From Oculina patagonica (taxonomy: Eukaryota), in contig NC_135763.1 in NCBI RefSeq assembly GCF_052425735.1, positions 36,022,001 through 36,086,000 of the forward strand: DNA of 64,000 nt, read 5' to 3'. Made by a program: the position numbers and the translations under genes. Shown piece after piece: positions 10,719-20,818 of this stretch (position 1 is its first letter; every line of letters begins with the position of its first letter). Below the pieces are notes generated by a model. That model made no database searches. It was given only the letters and a program-made list of their open reading frames with translations, and had not been told where the DNA came from.

Positions 10719-13700
10719 ATGTCTCAACAGTCTTCTTCGCAGACGTCCAATTGCTCACTTGAGCCAATTTTATCTCAGGAGACTTTTGACCAGGTCTTCT
10801 CTAGCGTCCATGGAATTTTCGACAGTCAACAAGACTTTAACAGGTAAAACTGCAGCACACGCTAAATAAGATATTAATATCAAAAATTTGAATGTTTAAA
10901 ATACGTCAGAGCTTTGTCAAAACAACAAGACCCCATAAAATGGTATGATCTTAAATTGAGTGGAGGGGGGAGGGGTGGGAATGGGAAATATATTTTGCCC
11001 AAGTGGACCTTTTGCAGTGATAAACCTGAATGTGAGGTTCAGAATGTGATACCAATGATGTCGGCATTGAAAGAAAAAAAAATATAGAATACTTTATGGA
11101 AAGTGCGCCCGTACAGTATTTACACACAAGCTGGTGAAGTATCAGAAAACAAACGAGTGAGCTGTGCGAACGAGTTGAGATTTCTGATACAAACCAACTC
11201 GTGCATAAATACTGTACAAAGCACTTTCCATGTGGTATTGGGTTTATTATAATTTTATACGTACTGAGATTGTCATTGAATTCATTGAATGCCCCATTTA
11301 ATGAACAATTGACCCAAAACTTTAAAGCAATGTATGAAGCTAAATTGGAATTTCCAGAAGGGTGGGCAGGGTTCGCACACGCCTTGAAAGTCCTTGAAAG
11401 TCCTTGAATCTCAAAATAAAAATTCAAGGCCTTGAAAGTCCTTGAAATTGGTTTTCGGTCCTTGAAAGTCCTGGATTTTTTATTGAACGTCAAAAGGCAA
11501 TGAGAAGACCGCAAAAATAAGCGATTTATTTACTTCTTCAGCAAGGACATCAACCGTTGTTTTGGGGTAAATTTCATGAAAAAAAGTCCATGAAATTTCC
11601 AAGAAGGGTCCTGGAAAGTCCTTGAAAAGTCCTTGATTTTTTGGCCTGAAAAAGTGTACGAACCCTGGGTGGGGGGGGGGGGGTCATAGAGCAAATCCCT
11701 TCCGTGGGGGGGTATGGATATTTTCTGGGACCACACATTGTATATTCTCTCAAACGTTCTTGTGAGACCTTGTGAGAGGTGCTACCCAACACAGGTAATT
11801 TACGATGTCAGTGTAACTACTGACAGTATAGGTTTTGTATTTTTTAGGATACAAACTGAGTGTCAGATGGCGCCAACAATTATTCAACTAACTGATGAGA
11901 ATATACACGGTATGTGTGACGTATATGCAGGGCGTCAAATTGCGCCTAATACAGGCGCCAATGCGACTAAATTTTTCACTTTGGCGACCAAATCCTGAAA
12001 GTTGGTCGCCAAATTGGCGACTAGGATCATATAATCGACCTCAAATCGCATCGGATCACTTAATTTATCAAAAACTGCATAACTCGTAAAAAAATCGCAC
12101 AGGGTGAGCAAAGTACAAAATAACTTCTTGCTTTATCTAAAGATCTTACATTTCAGCTAAATATATTAGTTTTGAAGGTTATTTACCTGTCCAAAACTGT
12201 AAGAATACATCTGATATGGTTTGCAATCGAGCGTTGCTATTTTGGGCAGGCAACTTCCTATTACACTTTCAACTTAGCCACACAAAACAGCCACACAATG
12301 AATTTGCTTTCTATCTTTGCTCTTTGTATTGTATTGAAGTTTACAAGGAAAAATGGTTCAACTCAAAATGTTTAAATCCATACATGAAGTCAAAAGCATC
12401 GGCAAACGACTGTCAAACATTGTGTAGTGCTCGTTGCGTACATGACACGTGCGCCTATTTTGACGCGGTCAGCGGTTTCATCTGGTACTTCATGTAATGT
12501 CACCAAAAGTCTTCCTAGTTCTTGTGCACAAAAAGCCATTCAAGATTGAAATAAATGCAAATGTGATGAAAATAATCTATTTTAAAGGGTCTATCTAGTA
12601 AAACGACAAAATGAGAAGTGTTTTATTTCTTTTTTAAAAAAATGGCGACCAAATTTTTGGAATTGGCTACCATTTTGGCATACTTAGGAGCCAAGTGGCT
12701 ACTGGGAAAAAAAGTTAATTTTACGCCCTGATATGTGTGCCTGACCAGTGTCAGTGTCATGATTATGTGAATGAATTTAATCATGAATTCAATCAAAATA
12801 TTTGTGCTTAAAGGGGCTAGGTCCCAGTATTTTAGGAAATTCTATTTAATGTCATTAATTTAGAGCTCTTAACTTCAAATTGGCAGAGCAAAAACTTGTC
12901 TTTTTTTGCCAAAATCACGACCACATTACAAACAAGGATGGTTTTTGAGCATTGTAAATGACACTTTAATACAAATTGAGATAAAAAAGTTGGGCCAACG
13001 TTTTTCAAGCTTAGCCAAATGCAATGGGTTTTAATCTAATCAAATTTTGCCCATCCATGCCGCTGTTTGGCCTTTCTGTGTTTCTTTTGAGTTCTTCTAC
13101 AGTTTTAAGCCGTTATTGTGACATTCAGTTAATTCTATAACCAGTTGGTCAGAAATTGCCTAAAATTGCAGGGAATTAATAAAACAGGATTTTTTAGGCA
13201 TGAAACAGGGTTCGAAACTTGCGACCTTGTCAATCCAGTAGGCAAGTGCTAACTTAATTTCCATCCCGCGATGAATGGCATCTTTTGGTTGGTACCTAGA
13301 CCTTGTGTGGTTGTTACACATGTACATCTGTATTATAAATTATATTTATTTACCAGTACATGTGAACTGCATGTGCATGTAGATTAATTCAATCTTGTGT
13401 GATTTCAGAAAATGTGGAGATGACCTTGAACTGTGTAGGTGTCATGAGGCCGGAGGTAAAACACTTTCGATGCTTATAATATGTTATTTGAATCGTCTTT
13501 ATATAGTATCAAGTCAACATTGCCTCTTTTAAGTGGCCAATCAGCTTGCCTGTCTACAGTGCTGCCAATAACAGTCGGTCATCGGACACTGGCCGACCAA
13601 AATTTGTTCATGTCTGACAAAATCCCAAGTGTGGTCAGACATGATGTCCGGAAGGTAAATCATTTTACGGTAACAATGAATAAAATTAAACCTTTTGGAT

Positions 13701-16700
13701 TTAGTGATGTCCAACCAAAATTTTGTTTTGTTCGACCATGATGGTGTCTTAGTAGGACATATATGTCCTTTCAAGTGAAAAAAATTATTTGCAGCCCTGT
13801 GTCTATAATGTCTAATTTATTTTTTCTCAACAGGTTGAATTTCCCCCATTTATGCCAGACCATAGCTTTAGAATAGATCTCAAGCAAGAACCTACATGTA
13901 GTACATCTTTCAAACGAGAACCAGTCGACAATTCGAGATTCATCTCATCTACGATGACCACACCACCCCCTGAACAGCCTATTCCGCAGCCCTTAATAGT
14001 GTGTAATACTGATTTCCCCGGCACGTATGGATTTGACTTGGGCTTTGAGGAAGAGAAGGGTCCCGTGACCAAGTCAGTGCATTGGACGTACTCTCCAGCC
14101 CTAAAGAAACTGTTTGTTAAAATGCGGTGTATTGTTCCCCTTCGGTTCCGCCTCCAAGGTAAGAAGATCATGATTATATTTTTTATTAAATATTAATTTC
14201 TCCTCTTTTGTACAATTCTCATTTCTGTGCCTTGTAAATGACTTCCACGTTTTCTTTGTTGCAGTTTTTCCCCCAGCTCCTGGCTTCTATGTAAGAGTTG
14301 TTGTGATTTATAGACAGCCGGACCATTATAGGGAAATTGTTGAACGGTGCCCGAACCACATCACAAAACACAAGGATGGTTAGTTTTCATTTTCTTGAAT
14401 CTCGACTTACATGTACTTCTTGAGATGCAAAGGGTGTAAAGGAAAACAGAATTCCTAGGGTGCCCTTTGGGCAAGTGTGCAAGCCATTGTGTGCTAGGTA
14501 GAAACTAGCCTAGCCTTACTTAATGCCCTTATTTGATGGGAAAAAATAATACATATCGCCCAGCAAGCAGGCCATTGATCAATAAAAATTATATCCCTCT
14601 AGCCACTGGCTTTTGGACAATATACACAGTGTATATTTACATTATGCACTTTCTTTGCATGCTGACATAGTATTTCAGCAGTGAAGCAGGTCTCTTAAGC
14701 TTATAGAGTCAGTGTGTAATTCTACTGGTCCTCTAGTATAGCAGTTGGTGTTGTGTTTGTGGCTAGGGGAATAATATTGTTCCTGTTAGTTAGTCTATAT
14801 GTATGTCTTAATACATTATATTGTACATGGAAATCACATCTAGATTTACTGTTGTTTTCAGGCCATCATGCACCAAAACATTTGTTGCGTTGTGAAAATC
14901 CCAGAACAGATTATGTCACCTGCCCTGAAACTGGGAGGCATAGTTTAAAAATACCTCTGGAGGCACCTCAGGGTAAGTCTGAATCTCAATCAGCACTTTT
15001 TTGTTTGGAAACAAGTTTAATTTTTAGCTTGCCCTACAGACAGTTGTCAAAAGTGTGATTGCCATGGGTAGTTGCACGCTTGTCATAGGTTAGCCCATCC
15101 TATGGGATGATCCAGCCCAGGATTGATGATCCAAGATCAGTCAGACTATGGTACATGAATTGAACTGATGAATCCACTCTGGGCAAGGATTCATTGGAGT
15201 CTTTGATCATCCCAAATGAATGCACCCTTACTATGCAGACAGCTTGCAATTTCCTGGGCCCTTGTGCAATAGAAAGTTTCTTTCCCAGTTGACAGGTCTG
15301 CTTGTGGATGACAAGAAATTTTTTTTCAAGTTCCAAAACAGTGAAAGACAGAAATTCAGAAGCCAATAAGGAATATCCACACAAATACATGTATATAGAA
15401 CTCCTTAGTAATGTCTGAGCAGTGTAATATTCATATCTCAGTGTAATATCTCACATCTCAGTGGATGTTGGACTCAGCCATTGTTTTATTACTTAATTCT
15501 TGTTCATTTGACTTTATATTTTGTAGCTGGCAGTGACTTTGTGACAAACATGTTTCAGTTCATGTGCTTCAGTTCATGCCCTGGGGGTTTGAATAGACGA
15601 CCTATCCTTGTGGTTTTCACACTGGAGTATAAGTAAGTCTTGGGGTAGAATATGTTATAGCCTTACACTTATAATTATTTTGAACTCTGTAAGTGTACAT
15701 GTAGGTAATGCATGTAACTCTGCATGTAGGTAATGTATTTTGAATTCCTTGTTTTCCAGCAATATGGTATTGGGAAGGAAAGCGCAAGATATACGCATAT
15801 GCGCATGCCCTGGGAGAGACAGAGGAATTGAGGAAAATGCCGAAGCAAAACGACAGTCAAACCAGCCAGCAGCAACTGCCGCCAACCCTCAAACTCCAAA
15901 TGTGACTCCGCCCCCTACCCCTCAGATATCATCAACCCCTCGCACTCCTCCTCCCGAGGAGCCAACAACATCCACTGGTGCAGAAGAAACAAATCATGTT
16001 CAAGTACCGAAACTAACAAAAAAGCGATGTAAGTGTGGAGTTCCATGTACATTTCCAAAAGGTAAAGGCTGTAGCTTAAAGCGACCTACTCTCCCTGGAT
16101 GAGAGGCTACACGTACATGTAGTCCATCACAGGGTACCCCGCAGAATTTTGTCTGGTTGGCCTAGCAGTTTTCTACTGTCTTTAAATACCCCTGCGTGGA
16201 GAGAGGCAGTAGTATGCTCAGTGATCTATAATGTTTGTTTACCAATTGTAGGACTTGTTTTGAGCTTTGTGGTATGTTTAGAGAAAAAAACAAAACAGAT
16301 TGATTGGCAGCAAGGCTGGTACAACGGGAGGAGGGCAAGATTTATTGGCCCATATTTCAACTAGAAGACTAGCTCTGCTAGGTGAAATATGGGCCAATAA
16401 ATCTTGCCCTCCTGCCGTTGTACCAGCCTTGCAATCAATCTGGTTTTATTAGCACTTAGAGTGACGTCTGGACGTCTGGTACGAGCATTTCTTGACAAGA
16501 GATCCGGCAGCAGACTAGCCAAGCAGTTTTTTCCTTCACTGCGTGGTCCCCTGCATCCAAACAGTTTTTGTTTAGAGAGTTTTACCATGTGGCATTTTTG
16601 TGTGCAGAAAAATAATTTGAGTTGTGGTATCCTGTCGACCTAGAAACACAAATGTTTGAAACCCAAATTTCCATCTGAAAATACCTTAGTACATCCATGT

Positions 16701-19700
16701 TAAATTTTGCCCCCAAACTCCCCTAGGGCTAAAAGCATATTCTTAGTGAGTTGATTCTTTTTATCCTATTTCAGGGAGTGTCAGTTTTAATAACCACATT
16801 CTGAATTAGCCACTTTCATGCTAACCTTATTCTGTTTAATCTTGTTTGAATCCTCAGCACATTCCATCATGTCATCTGGTTTTGAGGTCAGGTCATTATC
16901 AGCTAATCGGATGAAACGAATGAAGACTCATGAAGATGAGGAGATTTTTACAATACAGGTTGGTTATATCTTAGTTAACAATTTTGTGGAAAATATAATT
17001 ATTCACTTGGTCCTGTTCAGTTTAATGGTTTGAAGTAGACAAGAAGTCGCAGAACTCTGTCTCTTAGGGGTGTTTTTTTTTTCACAATTCTGGAATGAGA
17101 ATGGCCAGAATGTGAAATGTGCATGTTTTTCTATTCCACATTTCTATTTCGTAATGGACAAAACGCCATTCCTTCCATTCTGCTCCCAGGGGCAGAATTA
17201 ACAGAATGTTGCGAATGAAAATCAAAGTTGGCTGGTAGAAGGCATAGCCCGTGATTTGACGGGATGTGTCTCCTCTCCTTTGCAAAAAGCACTGCCAGAA
17301 CATTTGGCAAATCCACAAGACTCCATACTTCTTTTCCTCTTCTTAGAAAAATTGCTGTAACTTGAGTCTGTTTTTCCTTTGTTGCAGGTTAAAGGTCGTG
17401 ACAAATATGAGATGCTCCTGAAAATTAAAGAGGGTCTGGATATTATGGACATGGTTCCACAAGCACAAATAGATAATTACCGTGCAAGGTGAGTCTCTAC
17501 ATTCAGAACTACTGATGTAACATTAATGCAGAATTTGTGCATCTTTGGCCCTTAAAATACATTTTTGTCAATGCACATACATTACATTTCAGCGAAAAAT
17601 AATTAAATTGTACCAGAGGTTTTGCAAGATTTCTTCAATACAGCATGATTTGCTAATATGGCCTTTAACGTTTTCATTGAATCCTTGTTTTGAATTCTCT
17701 TAGATTGAGCAGTAAAAAGTACTCACCATAAGGCACCTTGTCCCGGAATAAAATCCTTCCCCTGCAAGGGGCAGGGGCGGATACCCCCCAAGCCTCCTGT
17801 TGAGGGTCCATAATAGGCTTCGGCAGTCCCCCATCCCGCCACCCTTTTTAGCCCTTATCCCACCCATTTTGATGAGTTTGATCCTACATCCTGCCCTCAA
17901 TTTAAGAATATCCCACATCCCACCTAGCAAAAAGAACACATCCCAGTCCCGCCAAGACAATTTCATCCTGCCACTAAAATATTGGTATCGGGGATTCCGC
18001 CTTGATTTTAAGCCTTATCCTGCATCCTGCCAGACCTATGTTCCTCCTTGGTATCCCCAAACTTACACGACTTGGGACCCTCAGGACCTATAGCAGCAAC
18101 TTCTAGTGGTATCTCTGTGATCTGAAGCTTCAGAACAAAAACAAAGCAAATTCATGTTTTTCTTATGACATTTTTATGAATTAAACTGTGCCACTGATAA
18201 ATGATTTATTTTGTTGAAACCAACAGCTGCCCCCCTTGTGGGAGATTGACGAGTTCCAGGTCTTCACAAAGAGAGAATTCTCAGAATGTAAATTCACAAA
18301 ATTCTGATTCACAAATCTCTACAGATTCTCAGCCAGTAGGTCTTCTTTTGTCTTTTTACTTCCTGGCTATAACTCTAATTCTTTTGTTAAGTGTGTTGGT
18401 TGAAATAAGGTACCGTAGTTAAAATTCATGAGGCTTTGTAACTAAATGATTTTATTATTGGTTTACTGGTCCACTGGTATTTTGTATTGTTAATTGGTTA
18501 ATGTTATTATTGATTGGCTGACTGACAGACAGACAAACAGATGGACAAATGTGCAGGTCTGTCTTACTAACAGTCTGAGTATACCTAGAACAAAGAAAAT
18601 CCTGCCAAATGTGGTAAAACATTCGTGTACAAACTCTTTGATATACAAGAAATTGGAAGACAATTATTTTGGATTGTGATGATATAGTACAAAATACCAA
18701 AGGTGAAAATAGACAACATTATGCAAAAGCTAGTACGCCGTAAAATTCTGGTTATAAGCCCCCCACTTTATAAGCCCACCCCCCGGTTATAGGCCCATCT
18801 TTCTGGGAAAAAAATACAATACATCCGATTATAAGCCCCCCGGATATAAGCCCCCCTTTGCCGGATGATAGTACTGAAAAAGGCTAAATGTTGCTTTTTT
18901 ATGCGTTTTTAACTTAATACCGTATTTTGATCAACACTCCTGTGGCTCTTTTCGAAACGTTTTTTTTCATTCCGCTTTTTAGCCTTCCCAGATTGCATTT
19001 CACATAAATTTCACATTTTCCACTAAAAAAGGGGCAGTAGCCCAGAAACGTATATGTTTCCATCGTTTGGGGTTCCTTGGAAACATTATACTACCATCAG
19101 GCGCATTTTTCATTTTCATTTTAATTATCGTTTCAATTCTCCCGGAATAGCCCCTCTGTATAAGCCCACCCAAAATCCCTTACGAAGTTGTATAAGCCCA
19201 CGGCTTATAACCAGAATTCTACGATATGTAGTAATAATTATCAGCCCAAACACCTGAGGCAAGATAGATACCTGAATTCTGAGCACAGTAACTCCAGTCA
19301 GTGTCACGCCCAGCTCTTCTCTTGTAGCTTCACTTTCTCATGTCTTGAAATTTATCTGTTATCTGGGGTACATTTCATTGGTTTCTAGTTTGTGCTAAGT
19401 TTATTAACAATAAAATCAGCACAAACTAGAAACCAATGAAAATGTACCACATGTACCATTATCACAGTAGTGTGTGACCTTATTGCCTGGATGGAAGTAT
19501 ATCACACTCAGAATTCAGGGTTTAAGTAGTAAATTTATTAATCATCTGTTGTCATAGGATGAACTGGATGGTACTCCACCCATTTCTCAACTTTCGCGCT
19601 CAGACTCTGGCTCCTCGTACCAGTCTCCCACGTCCTCCCAGCAGAGTTCTGGAGGAGGGACTGGGATCAATGCTGTCAGATTTACCCTGAGACGAACTGT

Positions 19701-19731
19701 GTCATTAGACAAGAAGGGTTTCCAGCAATAG
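10719..19731 (+). CDS. TP63: p53/p63/p73-family transcription factor (TAp63-like, no SAM domain), 12 coding exons, 547 aa
   Basis: Exons 10719-10843, 11848-11909, 13409-13455, 13834-14158, 14265-14378, 14862-14972, 15527-15632, 15760-16028, 16858-16958, 17388-17488, 18227-18335, 19558-19731. All GT-AG, phases consistent, 1644 nt total. TA: [13 protein letters not shown]: [63 protein letters not shown]. Tetramerisation: [40 protein letters not shown]-terminus: [12 protein letters not shown]. The symbol denotes the pre-duplication p53/63/73 homologue. Confidence 0.95.
11084..11240. mobile_element. Palindromic MITE in p63-like intron
   Basis: TACAGTATTTACACACAAGCTGGTGAAGTATCAGAAA is mirrored by TTTCTGATACAAACCAACTCGTGCATAAATACTGTA. 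Confidence 0.6.
11367..11667. mobile_element. hAT-like MITE with 6-bp TSD, nested in an older repeat
   Basis: TIR CAGGGTTCG/CGAACCCTG, flanked by GGTGGG on both sides. Internal AAAGTCCTTG repeats. Confidence 0.75.
11928..12730. mobile_element. hAT-like non-autonomous element with 5-bp TSD
   Basis: TIR CAGGGCGT/ACGCCCTG. TSD ATATG. Subterminal TGGCGACCA repeats. Confidence 0.75.
13557..13799. mobile_element. hAT-like MITE with 6-bp TSD
   Basis: TIR CAGTGCTGC/GCAGCCCTG. TSD TGTCTA. Confidence 0.7.
16296..16443. repeat. Near-perfect ~70-bp-arm palindrome (foldback MITE) in p63-like intron
   Basis: GCAAGGCTGGTACAACGG..GGAGGGCAAGATTTATTGGCCCATATTTCA is mirrored by TGAAATATGGGCCAATAAATCTTGCCCTCC..CCGTTGTACCAGCCTTGC. 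Confidence 0.85.
18738..19224. mobile_element. Tc1/mariner (Tc2/pogo-like) MITE
   Basis: TIR CGTAAAATTCTGGTTATAAGCC / GGCTTATAACCAGAATTCTACG. Internal TATAAGCCC repeats. Confidence 0.75.
19271..19519. mobile_element. Foldback MITE
   Basis: Ends CCTGAATTCTGAG/CTCAGAATTCAGG. Central palindrome CATTGGTTTCTAGTTTGTGCT...AGCACAAACTAGAAACCAATG. Confidence 0.7.
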
Positions 19732-20509
19732 CTTGGTCAAAAGGCATCTAGGAGTGATCAAATTAACACGTATGATTGATTGTTGATATTATGGCATAAC
19801 ATAAATGTATTATGTTGCCAAGACAGGCTGAAGGATTTGTAATAGTCGCTGTTCATACATAATTATTATTGCATTGAGCTGCGTTGTTTTTGAGAAATAC
19901 TTCTTGCAGTATTTTTGTGTACACTACTGTAAGCTTAGTTGGTTCCAGTTTTAATAGACCTTGATAATTATTTCAAGGTGATGTTTCAGAATGAGAGAAT
20001 TCACATGCAGCTCTTAAAGAGATGTTTATTTTTCAAAGAGCTGAGGAAAGATTAGATTATTGTTATATTCAAGTTTTTGTTATTGAGAAGCAAATGCTTC
20101 TTACCAAGAAAATGATCAATAAAACATTTACTTGTCTTGAAAATGACACTGGTTAAATAATTTTTCAGTACGAAAGTGTTTCAATATATATTATCATTAC
20201 TTCACAAATGTAAATGATTTTTACAAAACCAGTGTGTGATTTTAAGTTTTAAAACCAACTGAGCTCTTTCTCCTTAAAGCTGGTATCGGTTTTCAGCATT
20301 TTAAAGCTCTTTTCCTTTGATGGATCAGTACTATAAAACTTTATCAGTCGATGCTACAATAATGATATCAAATAAATGCCCAATGATTGGTAAATACGTT
20401 TTGGTAATTTTATTGATGTCACTGGTTACCATAGCAACAGTAATAGCGGTTAAAAACACCCTTAATTTTGGCTTCAAGTGCTTAAAAAAATTAATGTGCT
20501 AAAATTTAA

Positions 20510-20818
20510 GGTGGCTCTGAAACCATTTCGTATTTTTTTTAAACTTTGCAGAAAGTTGTATCTTAACCTGCTGATCAATGTTCAATAATAAAAAATGGGA
20601 GTCATCGAGCTCGTTTTTGAGCCAAAATGAAGGATGTTTTTAACAGGTTATACTGTTGCTATGGTAACCAGTGACGTCAATAAAATTACCAAAACGTATT
20701 CACCAATCATTGGGCATTTATTTGATACCATTTTTGTAGCAGCAACTGATAAAACATTGTTGTACAGGCCCGTCAAAGTATAAGAGCTGAAAAGTGCTGA
20801 AAAGCGATTCCAGCCACC
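20510..20818. mobile_element. TTAA-target (Kolobok-like) MITE, with an inverted partial copy at 20274-20462
   Basis: TTAA-GGTGGCT...AGCCACC-TTAA. 20277-20460 is the reverse complement of ~20635-20815. Confidence 0.7.

Noticed and set aside
10951-11792. 187-aa and neighbouring minus-strand ORFs
   Set aside because: They run through nested MITEs in a p63-like intron and have no domain signature.
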